This document shows positions 50,510-62,503 of a DNA stretch of 64,000 nucleotides, in pieces. The translations under genes were made by a program, and so were the position numbers. Every line of letters begins with the position of its first letter. The first letter of the stretch is position 1. The stretch comes from Malacoraja senta (lineage: Eukaryota). Under the pieces are notes generated by a model, which was given only the letters and a program-made list of their open reading frames with translations, was not told where the DNA came from and did not search any database. The stretch is taken from assembly GCA_038087875.1 (NCBI GenBank), contig CM075979.1, forward strand, positions 45,756,001 to 45,820,000. The letters are read 5' to 3'.

Positions 50510-51765
50510 CTTGTTGAGTCCTGCAGCTGGGGGAGGGGCACGGCTTCAGGCGGGGGCTGTCAGGGGCCAGTGGGGAAGGGAGGAGCATCCTGCAGCCGGG
50601 CGAGGACTTCAGGCGGGGCCTGTCGGGGCCGGTGGGGAGGGGAGCGATGCTGTGGCCTACCGCTGCCTACCCCTGCCACTGCCTGCCCCTGCCGTGGACT
50701 ACCGCTGCCACCCCCTGCCGCTGCCATGGCCGCACTCCACCGGCTTCAGGCGGGGACCGGTGAGGAACATCCTGCAGCTGGGGATGGGGATGGCTTCAGG
50801 CGGGGCTGGTGGGAGGGGGGGGGGAGCATTCTGCAGCTGGGAACGGGATGGCTTCAGGTGGGGGCTGGTGGGAGGGAAGCTTCCTGCAGCAGTGAGGGGA
50901 TGGCTTCAAGAAGGGGCTGTTGAGGCGGAGGGGAGGAAGCATCCGACAGCCGGGAGAAGGGAAACAGATTCAGGTGGGGGCCGGTGGGGGAGTGCCGCGT
51001 GGCCTGCCACTGCCATGGCGTGCTGCTGCTGCGCCCTATCGCTGTTGTGGCCTACTGCTGTCATGGCCTGTCTCTGCCGCTCCTCACTGGCTTCAGGCGG
51101 GACCGGTGGGGGGAACGTCCTCCAGCTGGGGATGGACAGCTTCTGATGGGTGCCGGTAGGGTGGGGAGTGTGCTGTAGCCGGGGACGGTTTCAGGCAGGG
51201 TGGGGGTGTAGTGTCCTATAGCCCAGAGAGGGGGATAGCTTCAGGCGGAGGCTGTCGGGAGCCATTGGGGGGGGGTGGGGGGAAGTGTCCTGCATCCGGG
51301 GAGGGGGACGGCTTCAGGCTAGGGCCAGCGAGGAGCTTCCTACAGACGGGGACGGCTTCAGGTGGTGGCTGGTGGAGGGAAGTGTCCTGCAGCTGGGGAC
51401 GGCTACCGGCGGGGGCCAGCTGGAGCGTTCTGTAACCGGGGGACGGAGACGGCTTCAGGCAGGGGGGGCCGGAGTATCCTACAGCCAGTGGAGGGGGACT
51501 GCTTCATGCGGGTGCTGTTGGGGGTGCTGTTGGGTGTCGTTTGGGAGGGGGGGGAAGGCTTCAGGCGGGGGCCAGTGAGGAGCGAGAACCGTCCAGCAGC
51601 TGGGGACGGGGACGTCTTCAGGCGGGGGCCGCTGGGGCAGGGTGGGGAGCTTCCTGCAGCTGGGCAAGTGACGGCTTAAAGCGGGGGTCAGTGGGGGGGA
51701 GGAGCGTCTGCAGCTGGGGACGGGGACATCTTCAGGTGGGGGCCAGCGGGAGGGGGACTTTAGCT
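50510..51765. repeat. GC-rich degenerate minisatellite inside a larger repeat
   Basis: Recurrent GCAGCTGGGGA..GGCTTCAGGCGGGG units. Confidence 0.7.
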
Positions 51766-52031
51766 TTATTCTCCTCGCCGCCGATGATTGACAGCGGGTG
51801 CTGGAAGAGGCGTTGGGTCCTAGCGAATGACAGGGGAGAAGAACAAAAACCTTCATAACCTTTGTAATATTCCACCATTCGGAACAAACCTTGGTGCGCT
51901 TGCAGCACAGGAGAATGGTGAGTAAGGTGGCGAAAAATCGTAGCTCCATCGGGTACCATTTTTGCACAAATGTAAAAACAACGCAAACCGGAAAAGGACA
52001 AGATGAGAGTTTTAGTTGTATACTAGACTAA

Positions 52032-52520
52032 TGGCTCTGTCCCACGGGTTTGCGGTCGTTGGCGGTGAAGCGCGGCGGCGCCGGAAGAGGGGACCGCACG
52101 GCAACCACGAGAGAGCCGCATGGATGCTGCGCGGGGGGCCAAGTAGGGCCGGTTCAACGAGCTTGCGGTTTCGGCTGATGACGTCTTTCGGATCGCGGGG
52201 CTGTGGCGGCGGCCGTGCCGCACACATACCTCACTGGCGGGGGCTGTAGCGGTGCAGGTTCGACTCACGGCGCTCGTGCCTCACTGGCGGCGGCTGTGGC
52301 GGTGCCCGTGCCGCACTCGTGCCTCACTGGCGGCGGCTGTGCGGTAGGAACATAGTTTTGGACAGTGTTGTTTTTTTTTTTAGCACCGTGCGGTGTTGGG
52401 AACAACGCCGCACGGCCCCGGAATTGTGCGTTTGACCGAGCCCGCGGTCTCTGGCGGCCCAGGAGCGGTAGATAGTTCCTGTTTCGCCGCCAATGACCGC
52501 AGACTCGTGAGACAGGCCTT
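52032..52520. mobile_element. PIF/Harbinger-like MITE, TAA TSD
   Basis: Inserted into ACTAAGTGGGAC with TAA duplicated (52029-31, 52521-23); imperfect TIR GG.TCTGTC.CACG. Confidence 0.75.
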
Positions 52521-52621
52521 TAAGTGGGACCCATTGGGTCCCAGCTTCACACGGGAGGGCTGGTCCCCCAACGCAATATTCCACCTCTCCACCAATTCCA
52601 ATATACACACACACACTCACT

Positions 52622-53588
52622 AGCAATGTTACAAAATTTTGAGATTTTAAAAATCAAGTCTGCAATTTATCCCATCAGATAAAGCATAAAAAGAAGTTTA
52701 ATTTGACACCTAATTCACTTTCATATCTTCAGTATTAAAAAAGTTATGCCCATTTTCATACTCGGCAATTAGCATCTTGTTCCCTATTGCTTTTCCATTG
52801 ACTGAACACAAAAGCTGTGATCGAGGACAGTCAAAAGCCCATAACTTTCTTAAAAATTAAGAGAACTGAAATAAATTTTCAGTTATTATAGATTGAAGCA
52901 TTCTGAAACAAATATGAAACAATCTTACTTGGATGACCTGAAATTAAAACATATAATTAGTTAGTTACCTAATTGTTGCTAATTACAAAATTCAATTACT
53001 AGTTCTAAACATCTATCCATTTCTTAAGAAAAGATTAACATTTTTAAATAGCCTAAGTGTCCAAATAACATTCACACAAGAATTCACAATATAACATGAT
53101 TTTTAAATCACATTGTCATGAAGTTATAGGCCAAATGGAAGGAATTTAGTGTTTAATTCCCGTAAATTAATGGCCATTTTAATCATCTTGCGAGTGGGAT
53201 TTTGTGGAACGCGATTGATTGGAATGTTGCATTTGCGGTGAATTTAAACCCCATATCGGCAGGAATAACACTGCCAGTTCGTATCACCTTTTCGCAACGT
53301 AAAATTTGGATTAAGGTCATCCTAAGAAGCACGTTTATATGTAAATAACACGGCTTACCTTTAGCTGTCCCGTACGTGAAATCCGTCCCCGTTGTCGGCG
53401 TTGACGGCATTAGAAGGTGATTTTTATTTTACTCCAGTGCTGAAATTGTCCCGCGGTTTAAAATTATTCAGCCCGAGAAAATAAAATCCCGGCAGGCAGA
53501 AGAAAACCGCATTTTAACCTCGCCCCCCCCCTCAAAGGCGCCAAAGTCGCGCACACGGCCAGTGACAGAACTGCAGCGCCGCTGAAGG
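52622..53588. mobile_element. Second, inverted copy of the 20204-21249 element
   Basis: Reverse-complement similarity along its whole length; truncated by a gap. Confidence 0.7.
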
Positions 53589-53817
53589 NNNNNNNNNNNN
53601 NNNNNNNNNNNNNNNNNNNNNNNNNNNNNNNNNNNNNNNNNNNNNNNNNNNNNNNNNNNNNNNNNNNNNNNNNNNNNNNNNNNNNNNNNNNNNNNNNNNN
53701 NNNNNNNNNNNNNNNNNNNNNNNNNNNNNNNNNNNNNNNNNNNNNNNNNNNNNNNNNNNNNNNNNNNNNNNNNNNNNNNNNNNNNNNNNNNNNNNNNNNN
53801 NNNNNNNNNNNNNNNNN
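53589..53817. other. Assembly gap (229 N)
   Basis: Run of N. Confidence 0.99.
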
Positions 53818-56800
53818 TAAACTTTCTTGAATCTACTCACATGGCTGAGTGCGGCCTCTCCACTGTGGGGCTTCCACAGTCAGCAGCACTTCCGCAAACA
53901 GCGCGACCTTTGCACTCACGGGAAATTACGCAATCAGTGTGACGTGTCCACTAAGCGGAAGTCACAAAATGAGCGGGACTTTTGGATTGAACACAGTCGG
54001 ACCTAATAAAGCATTTATTCTTTCCAAACACAGTCGGACCTATTAAAGCATTTATTCCTTCCAAACACACAGACCTAATAAAGCATTGCAGTTTCAAGCA
54101 CAGGCAGGGCAGCAGGCCAAACAACTCATGGCATTGTCATTTCATTTCATTTCATTTCATTTCCAATTAAGCATTGCACTTCCAATCTTTCCTCATATGA
54201 CAGTCTCGCCATCCCGGGGATTAACCTCATGAACCTACGTGAATAGCAAGGATGTCCTTCCTCAAATTCGGAGACCAAAATGGCACACAATATTCCAGAT
54301 GTGGTCTCACCAGGGCCCTGTACAACAGCAGAAGGACCTCTTTACTCCTATACTCAGATTGTCTAATGTTTGCTACTGGAGACTAAAAAAAACTTTCATC
54401 TCGCCTGCCCTTCATTATCTCTCTACACTAAAGTTTGAAATGTTGATCAGATCTTATCAGTAGAGGATTCAAAGTTCGACAACTTGAGCAGAGTTCTCTT
54501 TCCACTGCCCTGAATGTGAGATAAAACACTACTTTCAGCATACACAGGCTCCATTTCACCTCCCTTCTTTTCCAGCTGAGTCCCAGTTTATATTTTCTCT
54601 CATGAAGAAATATATTTTCCACAATCATCTCATCAACTTCCCTCAAGATTTATTTTGTTTCAATCAGTCTGCTCTCATTATAGTAAACAGCAGAAAGAAG
54701 CTTCCTTACCCCAACACCTTTTCCTGAAAATGTTTAGTAGAAGATAGAATATAGAAAAGTACAACTCAGGAACAGGCCCTTTTACTCAAAATTCTAGCAG
54801 TTTCTTGCATCTACATTAACGTCCTTTCTTAACCAAATAACCAATACTGTAAAGGTCTTCAAATATGGTCTCATTTAGATAAAATATAACTTCCATTAAC
54901 AGTCATATAGCGTGGAAACAAGCCCATTGACTCAACTTATCCACATCCACACTGACCAATATACCCCATCGAAACTAGTCCCATCTGCATGTATTTGGCC
55001 CTTATTCCTCTAAACCTATCCTATCGATGTACCAGTCTAAATGTTTCTTAAACATTGTGATAGTAACTGCCTAAACTACCTCCACCGGCAGCTTGCTCCT
55101 TACACCCACCACACTTTGAGTAAAAAAATTATCCCTTAGGATACTATTAAATCTTTCCCCTCACCTTAAACTTAGGTGTAATATGAAAAAGTGACAAAGT
55201 GCTGGAGTGACTCAACGGCTCAGGCAGCATCTCTGGAGTACATGGATAGGTGACATTTCGGGTTTGGACCCTTCTTCAGACTAATTGTAGAATCTGACTG
55301 ATTCAGTTCTGATCTCAGGTGCTGTCTGTGTGGAGTTTTTAGACTGAAGAAGGGTCCCGACTGAAACACAGGGGTGGAAACAAAGCCTGGTAAGTGTTAG
55401 GTGGACACAGGTGAGATGGGAGGGGTGTAATTGGCAGATGGTTGGACAAAGGCCAGAGATGAAAAAAGAAAAAGTGAGATAAGGATAGCAGAGGCAGAAA
55501 ATGTGAAGCCAGAGGAATGAATTTGGTGGAAGGGGACGAGGGGGGAGGGGAAAGAGAACATTTGGGTGTGCATCCAAGAGAGGAACAGGGAAGAGAGGGG
55601 AGAATGGGGAGTGAGGAAAAGTGTTTGTAGTTTAGTTACCTAAAATTGGAGAATATAATGTTCATACTGTTGTGCTGTTGCTCCAGTTTGTGTGGTCTCA
55701 CTCTGGCAATGGAGGAGGCCCAGTGCAGCATGGATATAGGAAGGGGAATTAAAATGGTTAGCTTACTTAGCCCCAGTCCCCGCTCTGCAAACCTGAAACA
55801 TCGCTTGCCCATTTCCCTCTACGCTGACCCGCTGAGTTCCTCCAGTAATTTGTGTTTTGCTCAAGATTCTGGCATCTGCAATTCCTTGTCGTCCTTTAAA
55901 TTTACCGTCCTCACTGAAAACACCGCAGCATTACTGTGTGGCATGCGTTGGGGAGGGGAGGGGGGTGCGAAGAGATACAGATGTGGGAGAGGGGGAGACG
56001 GGGAAGTGGAGGGGGAGAGAAAGACAGAGTGACTGAGAGCTGATAGGAAAGAGTGTGGGAATGAGGGAGAGAGGTGGGAGAGTGCAGGACACATTGCAAA
56101 GAGGGAACTGAAGGGAAGTTGTTGTGATATTTGCCATTCTACTCCTTTTACGCATTGGAGGGATTTAGGGAACCGTATAACCATTGATGTTAGGTATTGT
56201 TCTGAGCCAGTCTGTTAATGGTACAGCCCCTCAGCTGTAAACAAATCACCAGGGGTGCCGAAAGATTGGGAGCCCCGCCAACAGTCTGTCCATTTTTTGG
56301 GTCTTTTTTTTACATTTTTAGTGTGTGTTAAAAGTTTGTGTAAATGTTCTCCGGTTTGTTTTATGTGTGGGGAGGGGGAGGGGATTTGGGGATTTTTTTT
56401 TTCAGTTTCTTACCTTGCCGGAGATGCAATTTTTTTCCGGGTCGCATCTCTGGTCGCTCTGCGGCCAACCATCGATGGAGCTGGAGGCCTCCTTGGACTG
56501 ACTTTGAGCCCCACAGCGGGGCATGGACCTAACATCGGAGCCGATCCCTTGCCTGGGACTTTGCATTGAGAGCTCGCAGTCTCGGGAGAGGCTAGTAGGG
56601 AGCTCCAACGATGCAGAGGCTCGACCAGCCCCGACGTGGGGTTCGATCGCTCGGCGTGGGGGAGCTGACATCCCCCCCCCCGATGCAGGAGCTGATTGCC
56701 TCGTGCGGAGGGCCAAAATGCCACCAGCTACGGGAATCAAGATCATCCCATCAACGGAGGGCTCAAGGACACCGACCGCCGGAGAGGAAAGAGGGAGAGA

Positions 56801-56984
56801 TTTGAACTTGTTTTTCGCCTTCCATCACAGTGAGCAATGTGGAGGAGTCACTGTGATGGATGTTTATGTTAAAATGTATTTTGTGTGTTCCGTTGCTTTT
56901 TATTTGTATGACTGACTTGGAAAACCAAATTCCTCGTATGTTGCAAAACAACTTGGTTAATAAAGTTATATTATGATTGCGACC

Positions 56985-57270
56985 TCAGCTGTACACCAAT
57001 CACCCCCAAACCTCACCTGTACACCAATCACCCCCAAACCTCACCTTTACACCAATCACCCCAAACCTCACCTGTACACCAATCACCCCCAAACCTCACC
57101 TTTACACCAATCACCCCCAAACCTCACCTTTACACCAATCACCCCAAACCTCACCTTTACACCAATCACCCCCAAACCCACCTTTACACCAATCATCCCC
57201 AAACCTCACCTTTACACCAATCACCCCCAAACCTCACCTTTACACCAATCACCCCCCGAACCTCACCTGC
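56985..57270. repeat. Minisatellite, 27-28-bp unit, about 10 copies
   Basis: AAACCTCACCTTTACACCAATCACCCC(C) tandem. Confidence 0.9.
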
Positions 57271-57540
57271 AAATGCCTTTCATCACCTTCCTCACCTGTA
57301 TCTACCTACTTGCCAAATTCAGTCCTGCCCCTACCGCTATTTCCCATCCTTTTCTGCCCCCCCCCCCCCCCCACCACCGTCTCCACTCAGTCCGAAGAAG
57401 GGTCATGTTAGGTGCGGACACTGTGGACCGAAGGGCCTGTTCCTCTATGGAGACACAAGGAACTGCAGATGCTGGAATCTTGAACAAAACACAAAGTGCT
57501 GGGGCAACTCAGCAGGTCAGTCAGCATCTGTGGAGGGAAT

Positions 57541-58900
57541 GCGTACCAGGTCCCCATCCCCGACCTCTACCTCTGCTACATCGATGACTGTTTTGGTGCC
57601 ACCTCCTGCACCCACACACAACTGACTGACTTCATCCGCTTCACCACCAACTTCCATCCGGCACTCAAATACACCTGGACCATTTCCGACACTTCCCTAC
57701 CATTCCTTGACCTCACTATCTCCATCGCAGGTGATAGACTTCTTACTGACATCCACTACAAACCCACCGACTCCCATGGCTATCTGGACTACACTTCTTC
57801 CCACCCTGCTTCCTGTAAGGACTCCATCCCCCACTCCCAATTCCTCCGTCTACGCCGCATCTGCTCCCAGGATGAGGCGTTCCACACCAGGGCATCCAAA
57901 ATGTCCTCATTCTTCAGGGAACGGGGGTTCCCCTCCTCCACCATAGATGAGGCTCGCACCAGGGTCTCTGCCATACCCCGCAACACTGCTCTCCCTCCCC
58001 ATCCCCCCCACTCACAGCAAGGGCAGAGTCCCCCTAGTCCTCACCTTTCACCCCACCAGCCGTCACATACAAGTGATCCTCCGTCAGTTTCGCCACCTCC
58101 AACGTGACCCCACCACTCGCCACATCTTCCCATCTCCCCCCATGTCTGCCTTCCGCAAAGACCACTCCCTCTGTAACTCCATTGTCAATTCTTCCCTTCC
58201 CTCCCGTACCACCCCCTCCCCGGGTACTTTCCTTTGCAACTGCAAGAGATGCAACACTTGTCCCTTCACGTCCCCCCTCGACTCCATTCAAGGACCTAAG
58301 CAGTCGTTCCAGGTGCGACAGAGGTTCACCTGCATCTCCTCCAACCTCATCTATTGCATCCGCTGCTCTAGATGCCAGCTGATTTACATCGGTGAGACCA
58401 AGCGGAGGCTTGGCGATCGTTTCGCCGAACACCTCCGGTCGGTCCACAATAACCAACCTGACCTCCCGGTGGCTCAGCACTTCAACTCCCCCTCCCCATT
58501 CCGTATCTGACCCCTCTGTCCTGGGTCTCCTCTATGGCCACAGTGAGCAACACCGGAAATTGAAGGAAATGCACCTCATTTCTACCATAGGCGGTAACCA
58601 CAGGCGGTAACCATCGCCTGTGGAGCCTGGGGCGGACACAGACGAACTCTCCACCACAGCGCGGCGTCAGCGTCAGTCTACATCCTGGGGGCTTGAACAT
58701 TGAATTCTCCCAATTCTGCTAGCCCTTGCTGTCCCCTCCCCTTGTCTCTTCCCATCCCACAGCCCTCGTGCTCCTCCTCCGTCTTTTTTCCTTTTTTCCT
58801 TTCTTCTCCCCACCCCCTATCAGTCTGAAGAAGGGTCCCAACTCAAAATGTTGTCTCTCCATTCCCTGCACAGATGCTGCCTGACGTTGAGTTTCCCTTT
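57541..58900 (+). mobile_element. Penelope-like element 3' part (RT end + GIY-YIG)
   Basis: YLCYIDD, NLIYCIRC..YIGETKRRLGDRFAEH; degenerate hammerhead at about 58824. Confidence 0.85.
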
Positions 58901-59315
58901 CACTTTGTGTTTTGCAGTACTGTTCTCTATTAAGAATTATATGTATTATTATGAATACAATTTATCTTTGAAATTAAAAATCCCCTCCATAGATAATTCC
59001 TGACACACTCCAGTACTTTGTGTTTTGCAGTACTGTTCAATTAAGAGCTTTATATACATATTTTATCATGACTAAAGTATAATTTTGACATAAAACACAT
59101 TCCCACAACAGATGCTGCTTGGCCCAAGTTACTCCAGCACCCTGTTTTTTGATGATGAGGATACTTTATTCACTTGTACCCAGGTAGGTACAGTGAAAAT
59201 ATTTGTTTTTGCATTAAAAGTATACAAAAGAGTCACCACAAAGGCATCGACAAAGTTACAAAAAGTACTTATCCCTTAGTATTTCGCTCCCTGGAGTGAA
59301 AAGTACTAGGCTCCT

Positions 59316-59551
59316 CTGGAGCTCCATCCACAGCCCGACCTGGAGCTCCATCCTCGGCCCGACCTGGAGCTCCATCCACAGCCCGACCTGGAGCTCCATC
59401 CACAGCCCGACCTGGAGCTCCATCCACAGCCCGACCTGGAGCTCCATCCACAGCCCGACCTGGAGCTCCATCCACAGCCCGACCTGGAGCTCCATCCACA
59501 GCCCGACCTGGAGCTCCATCCACAGCCCGACCTGGAGCTCCATCCACAGCC
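59316..59551. repeat. Minisatellite, 24-bp unit, about 10 copies
   Basis: CTGGAGCTCCATCCACAGCCCGAC tandem, no spacers. Confidence 0.9.
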
Positions 59552-59940
59552 AGGCTATCCGAGGCTCCGACCTCGTCCTCGGGGCTCCGACTCAACCCTG
59601 AAGACTCCGACCCTGCACCGCACCGCACCGGCGTCTCCCTAGGGTGCGGCGCCCCGTGGGAGCCTTCCAGCCACCCGCGCCCTGTACGAGTCTGTACTCT
59701 ATGTATTTATTATTATAGATGCAGTTTGTTTTCACAATAAAACCACAGTTGTTGCCTGACCCACCACGTTGCCTTTTGATGGACTGGCCTATGTGCTATT
59801 ATTAAGCATCTTCATTTGCGGATGACACAAAGCTGGGTGGCAGAGTGTGGACCAGTGTGTGTCTCTGCCAGGGAGAGCTGTGTGTGTCTCTGTGCCGGAC
59901 AGAACAGTGTGTGTGAACGCGGTAACCATCGCCTGTGGAG

Positions 59941-60083
59941 CCGGGGGCGGACACAGACGGGCTCTCCACGGCAGCGCGGCGTCAGCGTCAGCGTCAGTGT
60001 ACGGGCGAAAGTGAAAGTAAAGAGTGCGGAGGTTTGGGCGGGTGTCGGGGCTCAGGGCGGTGTCGGGGTGAAGCGAGGCGGCC
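59941..60083 (+). promoter_or_regulatory. CpG-rich promoter/5' region of gene 2 with GC box, three CGTCA half-CRE sites and an ISRE/IRF-E
   Basis: GGGGCGG 59944-59950; CGTCA at 59980, 59986, 59992; GAAAGTGAAAGT 60007-60018; directly upstream of gccATG at 60084. Confidence 0.65.
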
Positions 60084-60159
60084 ATGCCGTGCAGTGGCGA
60101 CTTGTGGCCGGCCCTGTTCCCGGGACTCATCGCTGTGCTCGCCCTGCTCGGGGCCGCAG
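60084..60159 (+). CDS. NCR3LG1: Gene 2 exon 1: signal peptide
   Basis: Kozak-like gcggccATG; MPCSGDLWPALFPGLIAVLALLGAA; strong phase-1 donor G|gtaagg. Confidence 0.8.
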
Positions 60160-60246
60160 GTAAGGCGGGGCTGGGAAGCGACCTCTCTCCCACCCAGAGG
60201 CAAGGGCGACACTGCGCCGCATCCCGCCGCCCCCTCACCAAGGAAT

Positions 60247-60795
60247 GCACACTCACACCAGTGCACACTCGCACACACCCCAGTGTATACTCACTCCAGT
60301 GTACACTCCCACCCACACCAGTGTACACTCACACCAGTGTATACTCACACACACCCCAGTGTATACTCACTCCAGTGTACACTCCCACCCACACCAGTGT
60401 ACACTCACACCAGTGCACACTCACACACACCCCAGTGTATACTCACTCCAGTGCACACTCACACACACCAGTGTACACTCACACCAGTGTATACTCACAC
60501 TCACCCCAGTGTATACTCACTCCAGTGTACACTCACACTCCCACCCACACCAGTGCACATTCACACCAGTGTATACTCACTCCAGTGTACACTCCCACTC
60601 ACACCAGTGCACAATCACACCAGTTCACACTCACCCCAGTGTATACTCACTCCAGTGTACACTCACTCTCATACCAACGTACACTCTCACCGATGTACAC
60701 ACACTCACATTTATGTACACAACAAACACCAATGCACACTCAATCTCACACCAGTGTACACTCACACCACTGTACACTCAATCTCACACGAACCA
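60247..60795. repeat. CA-rich cryptic minisatellite in gene 2 intron 1
   Basis: CACACCAGTGTACACTC / CAGTGTATACTCAC variants. Confidence 0.85.
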
Positions 60796-61830
60796 GTGAC
60801 AAGTTGCGTTGATACTTAATTTTCTCTGCACTCTTTACAGTTTATTGCCATAAATCTGAAAAAGGTGCAGAGAGGATTCAGCAGGATTTTGGCAGGACCC
60901 GAGGGCCTGAGCTCTGGGGAGAGGTTGGACAGACTGGGACTATTCCTTGGAGGACAGGAGGCTGAGGGGTGATCTTATAGAGGTGTATACGGTCATGAGG
61001 GGAATAGATAAATATACACTCTTGCTCTGAGTAGGGGAATCAAGAACCACATAGGTTTAAGGTGAGGGGAGAAAGTTTTAATTGGAACCTGAGGGGCAAT
61101 GTTTATCAACAAATGAATTAAAAATCTGGGGTAGATAAGAATGCTGGAGAAACTCAGCGGATGAGGCAGCATCTATGGAGCGAAGGAATAGGTGACATTT
61201 TGGGTCGAGACCCTTCTTCAGATTATTGGGATTATTTTGCTAAAGTGAATACGAATTCATGATACATTTTCAGGTGCTGTGTCCGTAGTTTGTACGTTCT
61301 CCCTGTGACTGCGTGTGTTTTTCCCGGGTGCTCCAGTTTCCTCCCACACTCCAAAGACTTGCAGTTTCTTAGGTTAATTGGTTTCTGTAAACTTATAAAT
61401 TGTCCCAAGTGTGTAGGATCATACGAACATAAGTGATAGGAGTAGAATTAGGCCATTTGGCCCATCAAGTCTACTCCATCAATCAGTCATGACTGATCTA
61501 TCTCTCCCTCCTAATCCGATTCTCCTGCCTTCTCCCCATAACCTCTGACACCGGTCCTAATCAAAAATCTATCTATCTCTACCTTAACTATATCCACTGA
61601 CTGCCTCCACAGCCTTCCGTGACAAAGAATCCCACAGATTTACCAGGATAGTGCTAGTGTATCGCTGGTCGGCACGCACTCGATGGGCCAAAGGGGCTGT
61701 TTCCACTCTATCTCTGAACTAAATTTTCACACTGCATCACCGTGCTGGCTAAATTCTCTAAAAATGTGTTTCCTACTTTTTGTTTGTCGATTTGTTTGTA
61801 GACTGGCAACTTGTTTCTCTATGATTGCAG

Positions 61831-62190
61831 AAGGAGGAGATCTGGTTGTGTCAATGAATTCAAGAATAGTGGAAGTCTTTGTGAATAAAGATGTCCTTCT
61901 TGAATGCCGAGTGTCTGGTTACAAGACCAGTGAGATCAACCTTCAAAATGTGGGTGTCATCTGGTACCTTAAAAGGTTGGGGGCCCCCACCAGGGAGGAA
62001 GTGTATAAATTCAGCGGAGGAAAGCATACACCTTACAGAAAAGATGCTGCGATTTTTGATGATGAGTTAAAGAAGGGAATTGCCTCTCTCTTCCTCCCAC
62101 TTGTTCAATTTAATGAAGAAGGAGATTATACCTGCGTAGTCTTCATCAGCCCGGACCAGGGAAGTGGCAAATCTACAATGATTGTTTCAG
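61831..62190 (+). CDS. NCR3LG1: Gene 2 exon 2: Ig V-set domain, B7-H6/NCR3LG1-like
   Basis: tgcag| and G|gtaaaa, phase 1/1, open. EGGDLVVSM..VLLECRVSG..NVGVIWY..EEVYKFSGGKHTPYRKDA.I..ELKKGIASLFLP.VQFNEEGDYTCVVFISPDQGSG. Confidence 0.85.
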
Positions 62191-62218
62191 GTAAAAACAA
62201 TTAACAAATATTTCAGGC

Positions 62219-62503
62219 ATGCACAGTGGTGCAGCGGGTGGAGCTGCTGTCTCACATTCCAGAGACCCCGGTTCGATCCGGACCTCGTCAGTGTGGAGTT
62301 TGTACATTCTCCCTGTGATGGGTTTTCTCCGGGTGTTCCGGTTTCCTCCCACCCTCTAAACATGTGCAGGTTTGTAGGTTAATTGGCTTTGGTAAAATTG
62401 TAAAATTGTTCCTACTGTGTAGGATAGTGCTAGTGTACGGGGTGATTGCTGGTCGGCATGGACTCGGTGGTCTAAAGGGCCTGTTTCCATGCCGTATCTC
62501 TAA
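62219..62503 (+). mobile_element. HE1/V-type tRNA-derived SINE (representative; similar copies near 23170, 37850, 38560, 45480, 47640, 61270)
   Basis: A box TGGTGCAGCGG, B box GGTTCGATCC, core GGTTTCCTCCCAC, CR1-like tail GGGCCTGTTTCC..TCTCTAAA. Confidence 0.75.

Noticed and set aside
50511-51967. Gly/Ala/Arg-rich ORFs on both strands
   Set aside because: Arise from a GC-rich minisatellite; no splice-bounded domain or recognisable motif.
59316-59551. CRISPR-like array / repeat-protein ORF (MELQVGLW)n
   Set aside because: Perfect tandem 24-mers without spacers in a eukaryotic sequence; the ORFs are artefacts of a unit length divisible by 3.
59817-59848. Isolated CR1 RT core fragment (FADDTKLGG) just upstream of the gene 2 promoter
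   Set aside because: About 30 bp only; most likely a decayed or captured LINE remnant with no evidence of function.
60160-60819. Long His/Thr-rich ORFs (60084-60812, 59935-60819)
   Set aside because: Read-through of a strong splice donor into an intronic CA-rich minisatellite.
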